64,000 nucleotides of DNA from Macrostomum lignano (Eukaryota), in contig NIVC01003103.1 of NCBI GenBank assembly GCA_002269645.1, positions 62,001 to 126,000 on the forward strand, written 5' to 3'. Below the pieces are notes generated by a model, which saw nothing but the letters and a program-made list of their open reading frames with translations, was not told the DNA's origin and did no database searches. Below, in pieces: positions 35,101 to 50,100 of this stretch (position 1 is its first letter; each line of letters begins with the position of its first letter). Position numbers and translations under genes: made by a program.

Positions 35101-38100
35101 ATCGCCCCCATCAAACCGCCCCTGAGAATCGTCCCCATCAAACCGCCCCTGAGAATCGCCCCCATCAAACCGCCCCTGGGAATCACCCCTATCAAACCGC
35201 CCCTGAGAATCGCCCCAATCAAACCGCCCCTGAGAATCGTCCCCATCAAACCGCCCCTGAGAATCGCCCCCATCAAACCGCCCCTGAGAATCGCCCCCAT
35301 CAAACCGCCCCTGAGAATCGCCCCATCAAACCGCCCCTGAGAATCGCCCCCATCAAACCGCCCCTGAGAATCGCCCCCATCAAACCGCCCCTGAGAATCA
35401 CCCCCATCAAACCGCCCCTGAGAATCGCCCCCATCAAACCGCCCCTGAGAATCGTCCCCATCAAACCGCCCCTGAGAATCGCCCCCATCAAACCGCCCCT
35501 GAGAATCGCCCCCATCAAACCGCCCCTGAGAATCGCCCCCATCAAACCGCCCCTGAGAATCGCCCCCATCAAACCGCCCCTGGGAATCACCCCTATCAAA
35601 CCGCCCCTGAGAATCGCCCCAATCAAACCGCCCCTGAGAATCGTCCCCATCAAACCGCCCCTGAGAATCGCCCCCATCAAACCGCCCCTGAGAATCGCCC
35701 CCATCAAACCGCCCCTGAGAATCACCCATCAAATCGCCCCTGAGAATCGCCCTTATCGAACCGCCCCTGAGAATCGCCCCCATCAAACCGCCCCTGAGAA
35801 TCGCCCCCATCAAACCGCCCCTGAGAATCGCCCCCATCAAACCGCCCCTGAGAATCGTCCCCATCAAACCGCCCCTGAGAATCGCCCCAATCAAACCGCC
35901 CCTGAGAATCGCCCCAATCAAACCGCCCCTGAGAATCGCCCCCATCAAACCGCCCCTGAGAATCGCCCCAATCAAACCGCCCCTGAGAATCGCCCCAATC
36001 AAACCGCCCCTGAGAATCGCCCCCATCAAACCGCCCCTGAGAATCGTCCCCATCAAACCGCCCCTGAGAATCGCCCCCATCAAACCGCCCCTGAGAATCG
36101 CCCCCATCAAACCGCCCCTGAGAATCGTCCCCATCAAACCGCCCCTGAGAATCGCCCCCATCAAACCGCCCCTGGGAATCACCCCTATCAAACCGCCCCT
36201 GAGAATCGCCCCAATCAAACCGCCCCTGAGAATCGTCCCCATCAAACCGCCCCTGAGAATCGCCCCCATCAAACCGCCCCTGAGAATCGCCCCCATCAAA
36301 CCGCCCCTGAGAATCGTCCCCATCAAACCGCCCCTGAGAATCGCCCCCATCAAACCGCCCCTGGGAATCACCCCTATCAAACCGCCCCTGAGAATCGCCC
36401 CAATCAAACCGCCCCTGAGAATCGCCCCCATCAAACCGCCCCTGAGAATCACCCCCATCAAACCGCCCCTGAGAATCGCCCCCATCAAACCGCCCCTGAG
36501 AATCGTCCCCATCAAACCGCCCCTGAGAATCGCCCCCATCAAACCGCCCCTGAGAATCGTCCCCATCAAACCGCCCCTGAGAATCGCCCCCATCAAACCG
36601 CCCCTGAGAATCGCCCCCATCAAACCGCCCCTGAGAATCGCCCCCATCAAACCGCCCCTGAGAATCGCCCCCATCAAACCGCCCCTGAGAATCGCCCCCA
36701 TCAAACCGCCCCTGAGAATCGCCCCCATCAAACCGCCCCTGAGAATTGCCCCCATCATACCGCCCCTGAGAATCGCCCCCATCAAACCGCCCCTGGGAAT
36801 CACCCCTATCAAACCGCCCCTGAGAATCGCCCCCATCAAATCACCCTTGAGAATCGCCCCCATCAAACCGCCCCTGAGAATCGCCCCCATCAAACCGCCC
36901 CTGAGAATCGCCCCCATCAAACCGCCCCTGAGAATCGCCCCGATCAAACCGCCCCTGAGAATCGCCCCCATCAAACCGTCCCTGAGAATCGCCCCCATCA
37001 AACCGCCCCTGGGAATCACCCCCATCAAATCACCCTTCAGAATCGCCCCTGTCAAATTGAACTTCTGAATCACCCCCATCAAACTACCCCTGAGAATCGC
37101 CCATCAAACCGCACCTGGGAACGCTCATCAAACCTCTCTCAATAAAAATCCCACCGCAGGTGATAACAAAGTCGGAGCTCATTGAGTATTACGACATATC
37201 GGGATGCTACATCCTGCGCCCTTGGGCCTACTCAATCTGGGAGATGGTGCAGCGCTACGTTGACGACCGCATCAAGGGCATGGGAGTGCAGAATGTCTAT
37301 TTCCCCATGTTCGTGTCGAACGCTGCTCTGGAGAAGGAGAAAACCCACATCACCGACTTCGCTCCCGAGGTTGCATGGGTGACGCGGAGCGGCCGGTCCG
37401 ACCTGGCCGAGCCCATCGCCATCCGGCCAACCTCCGAGACCGTCATGTACCCGTCATTTGCCAAGTGGATCCAGAGCTACAGGGACCTGCCGCTCAAGGT
37501 TAACCAGTGGAACAACGTTGTCAGGTGGGAGTTCAAGCACCCGCAGCCGTTCCTGCGCACCAGGGAGTTCCTCTGGCACGAGGGCCACACGGCGTTTGCC
37601 ACGCGGGAGGAGGCGGAGGTGGAGGTGAGCAATTACCGAATGCTGGCGAACACATTTGAGAAAATTTGAACACCTGTGTAACATTATGTGGAATTTTTAT
37701 TTGGGATCTAGCCTCTGGGATCGGAGATCTGGGATCGGAGATCTGGGATCGGAGATCTGGGATCGGAGATCTGGGATCGGAGATCTGGGATCGGAGATCT
37801 GGGATCGGAGATCTGGGATCGGAGATCTGGGATCGGAGATCTGGGATCGGAGATCTGGGATCGGAGATCTGGGATCGGAGATCTGGGATCGGAGATCTGG
37901 GATCGGAGATCTGGGATCGGAGATCTGGGATCGGAGATCTGGGATCGGAGATCTGGGATCGGAGATCTGGGATCGGAGATCTGGGATCGGAGATCTGGGA
38001 TCGGAGATCTGGGATCGGAGATCTGGGATCGGAGATCTGGGATCGGAGATCTGGGATCGGAGATCTGGGATCGGAGATCTGGGATCGGAGATCTGGGATC

Positions 38101-39495
38101 GGAGATCTGGGATCGGAGATCTGGGATCGGAGATCTGGGATCGGAGATCTGGGATCGGAGATCTGGGATCGGAGATCTGGGATCGGAGATCTGGGATCTG
38201 GGACCTCATTAACGCAACCAGCCCGCCGCTGCCGTCCGCCCAGGTGATGGAGATCCTGGCCATGTACGAATACGTGTACGAGAATCTGATGGCCGTCCCG
38301 GTCATCAAGGGCCGCAAGACCGAAAAGGAGAAGTTCGCCGGCGGCGACTACACCACTACCGTGGAGGTGTACATCGGCGCCAGCGGTCGCGCAATCCAGG
38401 GCGCCACCAGCCACCACCTGGGCCAGAACTTCTCCCAAATGTTCGACATCGTGTTCGAGGACCCGGCCACCGGCGAGAAGCGCCACGTACACCAGAACTC
38501 CTGGGCAATCACCACCCGGTCCATCGGCGTCATGGTGATGGTCCACGGTGACGACAAAGGCCTGGTGCTGCCGCCCCGCCTGGCCGCCCACCAGCTGGTG
38601 CTGGTGCCCTGCGGCCTCACCGTGCGCACAACCGAGGAGGCGAAGCGCGCCCTGCTGGACAAGTGCAATTCGCTAGCTGCCGAGCTGCGCGCCTGCGGCC
38701 TGCGGGTGCACGCGGACCTGCGAGAGCACTACTCGCCCGGCTGGAAGTTCAACCACTGGGAGCTCAAGGGAGTCCCAGTCAGGATCGAAGTTGGGCCAAG
38801 GGACATGGCGGCCAAGCAGGTGCGTTCGCTGCTTCTTTTACTAACCCATCGATCTCATCCCAATCTCATCCATCCCAATCTCACCCATCCCAAACTCACC
38901 CCATCTCAATCTCACCCCATCTCAATCTCATCCATCCCAATCTGATCCCATCCCAATCTCACCCATCCCAATCTCACCCATCCAAATCTCATCCATCCAA
39001 ATCTCATCCATCCCAATCTCATCCATCCAAATCTCATCCATCCCAATCTTACCCTGACCCGAACCCGCACTCTCCATACCGAAGGTGGTGGCGGCCATCC
39101 GGTACTCCGGTGAGAAGCGCACCCTGCCAGAGGAGGGCCTGGCCGCCAGTCTGCAGGCCCTGCTGGACTCGGTGCAGTCCGAGATGTTCGCCCGCGCCAA
39201 GGCGGAGCAGGACGCGCGCCTGTCCGTGTGCCCGGACCTGGCCTCCCTGTGCGCCGCACTGGACAAGCAGCACCTCATCCTGGCGCCATTCTGCGGCGAC
39301 CCCGACTGCGAGGACCTCATCAAGAAGGACAGCGCGCGCAACGCCATTGTGGAAGAGGGCGTCCCGTCCATGGGCGCCAAGAGTTTGTGCATCCCCTTCA
39401 ACCAGCCGGACGAGATCGGGCCGGACACAAAGTGCGTGCATTCCCATTGCGGCCGCAAGCCCCAATTCTACACCCTGTTCGGCCGCAGCTACTGA
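32125..39495 (+). CDS. prolyl-tRNA synthetase (EPRS C-half) with one N-terminal WHEP domain, 585 aa
   Basis: Exons 32125-32430 (ATG), 37160-37624, 38244-38819 and 39085-39495 (TGA), all phase 0, total 1758 nt. Motifs [54 protein letters not shown] and the C-terminal LFGRSY. Confidence 0.95.
32455..37120. repeat. 27-bp minisatellite (~170 copies) filling ProRS intron 1
   Basis: Unit GAGAATCGCCCCCATCAAACCGCCCCT, with 26-bp variants that shift ORF frames. Confidence 0.97.
37716..38198. repeat. 14-bp tandem repeat (~34 copies) in ProRS intron 2
   Basis: Unit GGGATCGGAGATCT, essentially homogeneous. Confidence 0.97.
38850..39050. repeat. ~15-bp C-rich tandem repeat in ProRS intron 3
   Basis: Unit ATCTCA(T/C)CCATCCCA and variants. 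Confidence 0.88.
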
Positions 39496-40305
39496 ACGCG
39501 ATGTTGTGCTTGAATTCAGCCCGCGTCACTGCCGCATAGCAACTGGAAATTCACCTAGGACTCAAATCCTGGCAGTTGCTATGCGGCAGGATTGCTCTGT
39601 AGCAACGTTGGCCTTGGCCTTGAACTTTTAATATTATTATCATAGATAAATTTCAAGTCTAAGGCTAATTTCTTTATTTTTGTCGAGTAACAATTATGAG
39701 TTCTCAGTTGAAGCCGGAAATTGAATCAGTCTCTCAGCTTCCCCATCTGCGCCGATTGTTCTTACAGCCCTGAGCACAGTTCACCTCGCCGCCTACTGTA
39801 AGCGCTATATACGGTATGCACTGTTGCCGCTCTGCTCTGCATCGGCTTCTCCTGCGGCGGCTGCTTTTTTCTTTGCTAATTTCTTGTCCTAAATGTGCTG
39901 TCTTTGACCTGAAACTGTAGTGGTTGGAGCCGGGCCAAGTCCACGACTGCTTATCTCATTGCTGTTGCTTTGCATTACCAGCTAAGAAAAATTAGTTACT
40001 CGTATTAAAATTGATCAATCAAAATGCTATGCAAGATGCAGTACGTACTACTGTCAGTAGCTGGTGGCTGATTTAAAAATGTTCTGTTAGTCTTGGTTAC
40101 GGAATCGGTTGTGATGCAGTCCTGTCTTCGATGATACTGATACATTTATCGCAGCAACTTAGCAAATAAAATACATTATCGAACCGTCTGGTTTTCTTCT
40201 GTGGGGCTCAGCTCAGTAACTGGTGTTTTTTCTGGAACAGACCATTGGCTTGACTGCTTTTTAATTGCGATCTTGTCATTTTGCTGCTTTAGAGATTCTT
40301 TAGAG

Positions 40306-41336
40306 CAGGGGTCGGCAAACTTTTTCAGTGCGGGCCGGATTGGACGACTGGCTGAGGTGGCGGGCCAAAAAATGCACAACAATTGAGGCTATAAATGACA
40401 ATTTGGTATCCTATGGAATCGTTTGTTAAATTATTTTTTCGCTTGAATTTAATTCATTTCTAATTTTATAGTAAAAAATGTAAACAAGTGAACGATCCAA
40501 CAGTTTAACATGTACTGGCAGCTAAATTGTTTGTTATAGTCAATTGCCACATCACGACACGAGGGTACTACTGAAAGTTAAATAGTGGCACAATCCAACT
40601 TGAGGCCACTGGTCATCCAGATCCAGCCATCCAGAGAGTAGTAGTCCAAAATCAGCAAAGTAAGCAGTGGCTTGACTTGAATCCCAGTATGACAGCTCGG
40701 TAGCTACGAGTAATTTTTCAATCTCAAATGCATCTCCCTTTAAAAGTCCCCCAGCTCCGCACTGTCACCGACTTTGACCATAGACATATTAATGCTTTGT
40801 GCGCGCAAAACTGGTACTATTTTAAGAATTCCTGACATCAACGCACAAATTCAAAAATTGTGGAAAGATGTGTCCTGGATAAAATTACCCTGTGAAACTA
40901 TTACCCCTATTACCCAACGTTAAATTGTAGTACCCTCTTGTCGTGATGTGGCAATTGACTATACAAACAATTTAGCTGCCAGTACATTTAATTGTAAATT
41001 GTTAGATTGTTCACTTGTTTCATATTTTTGGACTCTAAAAATAGAAAGAAATCGAATTCAAACAAAAATTAATTTAACGAACGATTCTACTAAAGGATAG
41101 CCGACAATTTTATATGATAGACCAAATACAACCAACAACACGACAATTGAAATTGACCCAGTATTGTGATAGGAATGCCGAGGTGAAAGCTAATTTTGCT
41201 TGAAAAGTTGAATGTTTCAACACAAAATTGGTTCGCGGGCCACTTTTACATTGTCAGATAGTAAGAGTGCTGCGGGCCGGACTTGAAGATGACGCGGGCT
41301 GGATCTGGCCCGCGGGCCGCAGTTTGCCGACCCCTG
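40306..41336. mobile_element. non-autonomous hAT (Charlie-like) element, 1031 bp
   Basis: Perfect TIR CAGGGGTCGGCAAAC (40306-40320) / GTTTGCCGACCCCTG (41322-41336). 8-bp TSD CTTTAGAG. Subterminal GCGGGCC motifs. Confidence 0.92.
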
Positions 41337-41489
41337 CTTTAGAGATTTCATAAACGCTATCGAATACATTTACGAATGATTATGATTATTTCATTATTAA
41401 TCCGAATTAACACTAGGTATAACGTAATAAGTTTTCCGTAATAGTCAAATCAGGGTATTTCTAAATATACTTGAACTGTACAAGTACAA

Positions 41490-41840
41490 GCCGTAACAGC
41501 TCAGGGAACAGCTGTGGGTAGCGGGTGATCTGCTCAGGGAACAGATGGGTAGCGGGTGAGCTTCTCAGGGAACAGGTGGCTAGCGAGTGATCTGCTCAGG
41601 GAACAGCTGTGGGTAGCGGGTGATCTGATCAGGGAACAGGTGGCTAGCGAGTGATCTGCTCAGGGAACAGCTGAGTAGCGGGTGATCTGCTCAGGGAACA
41701 GCTGAGTAGCGGGTGATCTGCTCAGGGAACAGGTGGCTAGCGGGTGATCTGCTCAGGAACAGGTGGGTAGCAGGTGATCTGCTCAGGAAACAGGTGGGCA
41801 GCGGGGGATCTGATCAGGCAACAGCTGTGGGTAGCGGCTG
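41490..41840. repeat. ~31-33-bp tandem repeat
   Basis: Unit GCTCAGGGAACAG(CTGT)GGGTAGCGGGTGATCT, about 11 degenerate copies. Confidence 0.88.
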
Positions 41841-42376
41841 AGAGTTGATCTCAATTTGCTTCACATGTTTAACTCTAGTACTTGCCTCAATTTTATATCC
41901 ATTCTCGAATTCTGAATCGTTTCCAACCAAAAGAAAGTGAAAACCAAAATCAGAGCTCATTTGGTCACTAGACGTCATAAACTGATCTTTGTTCGTCGCG
42001 CGAGTACGAGTATCTGGCTATTTATTTATTGCCGATGGGTCAATCGATTATATTGGATTACGTCGGTAATATACTGTATATTGGATTGGATAATATTTTG
42101 CTTGCTGCAGAAAAAGCGATGTTAATTTGGTTAGAATTATAGTAGGAAACGCTACATACTACTGCCGTTGTATTAAAACTGGCTGAGCAAAAATCCGCAG
42201 TTTAAGTTGATTGAGGATAAAAAGTACAGCTACGAGTATTACGCTGCAGATTACGTACTATCTCAGCCCAACGGGGCTGGTTGCGGGCTTTGCAAGTTAT
42301 TTCTCAGTTAATAAGTAAACAATTTTCGTCTAATTAGTCAGATTAAATCGCTGCTGTTAAGTTCGCAGAGCTCAGC

Positions 42377-43977
<1,601 letters not shown>

Positions 43978-46900
43978 GATTGCAGAATTTCAAGCTTTTA
44001 AACGATGAAATTAGCACAAACTAAATTGCTAAGCGATAACTATGAAGCTGTCAAGTTGTAGCAGTGCGCTGCAGTCTGAGGAGACGCGAAAGCTGCCGAG
44101 ACGAAGTTTAAAAGCGGGGCAAAACGAGGCTTCTTATGCTGGCGGGAGGGGCCCGCAGACTTGCCACCAACCCCTCCCGCCTGCCCCACCCCAGCGCGTT
44201 GCCATAGACAACGCTATCTAAGATCTGTTGAGGAGGGGGTGGGTATATATCTATCGACCGGGGATTCGCTATTTGCTTGATAGCAGAGCTGAGAGGGGTT
44301 TGAGTTCCCCCCCCGCCACAGCGTTATCGATTTTTCTAGCGGGGGAATGAGAGTGGACTTCTTACTGGTAAGGACGAAAGTGTGGATTGGGGGGCTGGTG
44401 CCTGGGGTGACGGCTGCGAAGAGGAGACTCGGGATGTGCGTGCGTGCCTTGTGCACGGGCCCCGGAAAGGAGGGGTTTGTGTGCATTCAGGGTGATGCCA
44501 GAGCGAACGTTTCAGACTGAGTCAAGTCCTGTCCTGTGAAATTCGCCCTGTCCCCCTCCCTCACCCTTGCAGGCCTTGCCTTATTGATTTCGTTGCCGAA
44601 CTGCCTGCCCCGCCCAATCCTTCCCTGGTTCACTGACTGACTGGCGTGGCCTCTGAATTTTCTGAGCTCATGGTCACTCACTTCGATGTCTCAGACAGAA
44701 GTACGCAATAAAAAATACATGTTGCTCAGTTTTCAGTATAGGATAAATTGCTGCCAAAGCAAAACCAAGCTTTTGAATTTAAGTGCTTCAGCTTATTTGA
44801 GTTAAATGAATGCACTTTCGAGTTTTGAGTAGAATACGACTCATACGAGTAAATGCTTTAGTTTAAAATGACAAATTTCTGTAAATGTTGTTGAAACGCT
44901 TGACAAAAAATAAGTCTGAATTTTTTTACTTTTCAGAAGACAAAAATTGACAAAAATAAGCTTTTTTTTACTTTTCAGAAGACGGCCCCTTTGGGTCTTC
45001 TGCAGGGACTCCTACAGATAGCAATCATAGCATATGATTGCATTTGCTATGGCCTATGATCATATCATAGGGGGGGGGTGGGGCGGCAGTCCCGGCCAGG
45101 GTAATAGAGCAGTTGTCTCATAAGCCTCAACTCAACTCCCCTCAGTCCCCTGAGTGCCGCGGAATGTAAATGCGAGCCCCGACCGCGAGGATATAAATTA
45201 TTGCTTTTCCTGCCAGGCCAGTAAAAAACATCAAGAATCGAATATATATAATGGCAAAAATACTGCGCTAGATCACCACTCTTCACGTCTGTCAGCCCCT
45301 GCATTTGTACAGAACAGAATGGAGAAGAGATCTAGGAGAGGAGAGGGAGCTCGCGGTCTGTCTATCGAGTCGGAGTCAAAACCATAAGTTTCCTTATGGC
45401 ATGGCTGAGCAGCGGAAAATATCGATTTACTGTTGTACCATAGCTCTTTCCTCTGGCTGCTTTTCTAGCTTTCTGGAGTCAGCTGCATAGACCACACACT
45501 CCGCTCCCGTTCTGATTCTATTAGAATTAAACTGCAGCAGTAGCAGGATGACAGTGGCAGCATGCAGTGTCCAGGGGCTCGTTGTCTCTTACATTGTTGA
45601 GGGAGGCCAGAACATTAGCCATGGCACTGCAACTGCAAGTCTGCAACTTCTTTCTGCAAGCTTTGGACTGTCACTGCCAAGCCAACTCAGACGATTCCAA
45701 CTGACTCAATTGAACGGGTGGTCCATGCCTCGACACCCCCCTTGTGCCAAAAAGCATTTCGGCTGGGAAAGGGGAACTACGGCTAGCCCCTAACTGAGAT
45801 GTAAATATGACATAGCTATGTACATGAATTACTTACATTATTACAAATGGTACTTACAATACCTATACTCCTCTTATCTACTCTTAAAACTTAATGTGCA
45901 GTTTGAGTAATTTTACGAACGAAAGTAACTACTATGCAATCAAGCAACTCGTCAATTAACGTTAAGGCATGAGCAGCAGCAATTAGCTACTAAGCCTCGA
46001 CAGTGTGCCAACCACAACTGCAAGGCAGGCATTCTCAATACAGATAGTCTCAGCTCAAGCATTCAGTCGTCATACAGACGCCGTCGGCACCTTCCCGCGT
46101 GCAGACAGTACAATTAAAAATTTGTGCAGTTTGAATAAATTTGCAATGGAAGTGGAAATGAAACAGGAGTGTCCTGAAGCATTTCTAATGTATAATATAC
46201 TGATATAATAAATATTGGTGATTAACACATTTATTTAAGTCTGAATAAGCGTGCACTACATAGTCTACGAGCGTTTTAGTTTTGTAATACGCTGTAATGC
46301 GCTCGTAGTATGTAGCTAGGAGCCAAAAAGAGTTTATATTTATAAACGAAAATTAAAATGTGACCGATAAAAAAAGATCTTTAATTAATTGAATGACTCA
46401 TTAATGACTTATAAATTCATTATAAATTCAGACGAAGACAAAGCGTCAAGTAACAAAAACTAAACTGACTAGACTACTTGGTACAGTTGTGAATGAATAT
46501 GCTAGCAAAGGGCTATATTAAAAGTTAAAATTAAAAAAATTATTGCATGAGTGAACACCAATATTTTCTTTCCCATCTTTGGGATAATAGCTCCCACCGA
46601 TTGAATCAGAGAAAAACAGATATAGCCACCATGCAGTGCAGCAGAGGGGCAAAAACGAGCTCTCATGAGCACAAGCGGGTTTGTTTAGACACTCCCAGAA
46701 ACTTTGCAGGCTTTGATGGGCACCTCCAATCCTGGGTACGCCCCTGTTTGCTGTACGTAAGATATAAGCTTCATAGCTATTGATTGCATTAGTGAGACAA
46801 TCACTGCTAAAAAACAACTTTCCGGGTTAATCAAGCATCAAAACATAAAATAAACGTCAGGTTACAGGCACAAAGTCTTACGAATCGAATTGTTTGTCAT

Positions 46901-47112
46901 TACCTCATAGGGCTCACAAAAATAACATTAGACGAAGCTGGAGAGCCAAAGCAGAAAACTAGAGTCCTCAGAAATTTCAGTCCCAAATACCTCAAAGAAC
47001 TCCAACAAGAGGAGCGGCTGAACCAAAATAACAGTATAGATATCTGTTGCACCTATTCGTCGGTCAAAAACGTGCTGAGTTTAAAGTTAAATTATCCGAC
47101 TCACTTCTGTCT

Positions 47113-50100
47113 CTACTGGCGCAGACTCCGCAGACTCTCGAGAGCCTCCTTCTCGCTGACGCTCTTCCAAGCGACCGGTAAATTATCGACAGGCTTTTTG
47201 TAGTACTCGCCAAGTTCTTTGACAAACGTTGCGCAGAACCACATCCAGAACTTGTTCCCGAAGTTACTTGGGTCTGGCTTGATATCCCAATTTGGGAAGA
47301 AATCCTTGTAGTTCTTGAACGGATGATATTTTTCCGCCTCTTCGCCTTCGGGTGCACATGATGAGGTTTTTACACTGTGCTTCCGGCAAGTGATGCAGCA
47401 AAAGCCCCACCCGCCACAGGATACCTGCCATTCGCAATTTCGAAATACAAGTTGTTTTGAATCCTTTTCGTGCCTCCCTCTGGCGCCCTGCGGTCTGTGC
47501 TGAATGCAGGTGTGAGGCGTTTTTTCGTTTTCATAGTGGTTGGCATCGTCTTTGCTGCATGGCTCAGAGCAGAATGGGCACTGCGCTGTGCAGCCCCAAA
47601 AACTCTTTAAAACCAGACGGTTGAGGGTTTCGCCCTGTGAGTCGCGATCAACTTCATAGATGGTAGTAAATTTGTACTTTTCTATTGTTTGCACTCTGAT
47701 TTGCTCAATCGCTGGTCGAAAAAAGTCAGTAAAGTCGGAAAGGTCGATGTTAGAGTCATTTGATGGCAAAGCCGTCTCCAAATCCTGTGGAATAACTGCC
47801 AGCTCGGATTCCACATTCTCACAAAATTTCACAATCCACTGCTTCAGAGAGCCTGAAGACTCAGTGTGAGCTTTCTCATCAGCTCTGGTAACAACAACAA
47901 GTATGGGATCGAGTAGCTCTCTCGCAGCTGCTAACAGTCTGCTTTCATCGCTTGATGACGGCTTTTGTGACAGAAACTCGGGAATAAACTGGTCAAGCCA
48001 ATTCAGAGCAGCTGTCTCAGACTTGACAACATACCGCAATATTTTTTTGAACTTTCTCTTTCGTGAAAAGTCGTCCAGAATTCTCACGATCAGGTGAAAC
48101 TTTCCGTTTCCGATCTCGGCGATCAGCTTGGACTTCAGCTTCTCCTTCAGTCGCTGGTTGATTGCATCCTGTATCACTTTCTTCAGGTGGTCCCTGACAT
48201 AATCAGCTGCAATCTTGGCTCCACTCTGTCTCCGAACCATGTTGAAGAACATGTTCCTGATGCGCTCTTTGATTTTGTCAGTTTTTGCCTTGATGCTGCA
48301 GCTGTCACGAAACCGTTGGTCGAATTCGACAAAGTGCGGATAGGCATAACGAAGAGCCAAAATGACCACCTTGATTTCGAAAATGATGGTGGTGGTAGCT
48401 CTCTTAAAGTCGGTCAATTCTCGATTTAGACCATCAGCAACAACCTTCTGAACTCGGCTTGCATCAGTCTCTTCGAACCATCTGGTTGATTTGGAAATGT
48501 CGGCAACTTCTGTTTTAACTTGACGAAACACCCTGTTGCTGATTTCAGTCAGTTCACTTTTTGCTTCGTCCTTAGCATTTTCATTGGGGTCAGAGAAAAT
48601 GAATCCCCCGGTAAAAGTACTGCCAAACTGTTGAGCTCTTTCCCTCTTTTTTAAGCGAATTTCAAAGAAGGAGTTATTGTCATTTTCAAAAAGCTGCTGC
48701 TCTGTCAGATCCGAAATCTCTTCCGCACGGCTTCCAGAGCAATGCTCGAAATTGAATTGATCAAGGTAGTCCCGTATCACTTGCCTCTCCTTAGGATAGC
48801 ATTCGCGAAGGAAATTTTCGATTCTCGACAAAACCGATTCGCCATACTCTATCCTTTCAGGAGGCAAGTCGCCCAAAAACTTTTTCCAAAGGCTTTCAAA
48901 CTTTTTCTCTACTTCATCATCAGGGCAGCCTTCGGGCATCTCTTCTGCAGCCTTTCTGGCCTCACTATTAATGGCTCTCTCCCACTGGCTCTGCTTCGAT
49001 TTCTGTTCTGTCTCAAGCAGCTGCAGGTCACAGAACTGGTCCAGCTTCCTCGTGACTTCACCACCCAGCGACCTCACGTACTCAGACAGAGAATTGGCCT
49101 TGTTTGACTTCCACTGAATCGTCTGCTCACTGTAGGGGTTTTCGTCAAAGAATTTCATCAAACGGTCCATTCCATTTGTCTCACAATTGTCTTGTAGACG
49201 GTGCAGCTCTATCCTCAGCCTTTCCTTTGTTTGCTGAACACTTTCGGAAGTGGTGCATTTCTGGAGCTGGATTGACGCAGTCTTTGTCAGCCACTCATTG
49301 AGTTGGACGTCGCACCGACGCTTTACATCAAAGAATTCTGACTCCATGAGATTGTAGGCCTTCATCTCGATGCTGTTTCGAAAGCTGAACACAAAGTCTT
49401 CGGACATGATGGCCGTCCACAGGTCCTTGATGCGGAGAGCAAAGTCATCAAATCCAAGAAAAGTCTTGTGCTTTTCATCCAGACAATGCAAAATGTGGGT
49501 TTTGATCTCAGTTACTTTGTGCGAATATCCGGGGTTCACTGGTGCCATCGGAGGGTCTCCCAGCCACAAGTCCGACATGTAGAAAATATCTTTGTCACTG
49601 TCGAACGAGATAATGTCAGAGAAGCAGCGAACACTCGCAACCTTCTCTCCTTCGGCGGCTTCTCTTGTGATTTTGTCCAAGTCCTCCTGCATCTTGCAAT
49701 TCTGATCCATCATTTTCTCCTTCGCTCCAACTGCGGGCACATTCTGGTGAACAAAGATACACCTTCTGCGCAGATCCTGCATCCTGTTCGCCATCTTCAT
49801 TCTGATGAAGGCATGAACCACAATCTGCAGAATGTCTTTTATCTCTGCGCTGTTCTCGCCCTTCAGATTGATCACAGTGACATCGCCCAAACCTAAAACA
49901 AGTGTGGCGAGCTCGTTGTCATGACGATACTTGTCAAGTCCGAGCTCAGGCGCCCTGAGTCCCTCAGTGTCGATCACGGCCACAAAGTCGAACTTACTCG
50001 AGCCAGGTTCGACAGGAACGAGCTGTAGAAAGGCGCCTCGAGTGCAGCGACCGGCGCTCACTGCGAACTTCAGTCCGAACATGGTGTTGAGCAGAGTGGA

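Noticed and set aside
32548-37082. Long ORFs of 925, 586 and 433 aa ([18 protein letters not shown] repeats)
   Set aside because: They are translations of a stop-free 27-bp minisatellite inside ProRS intron 1, with frames switching at single-base slips.
37533-38945. 352-429-aa ORFs with [13 protein letters not shown] repeats
   Set aside because: They read through the 14-bp intronic repeat or are antisense to ProRS exons.
44214-45550. GC-rich stretch upstream of tubulin as an LTR or structured RNA
   Set aside because: No paired LTR, PBS/PPT or recognisable RNA motif was found; it is left unannotated.
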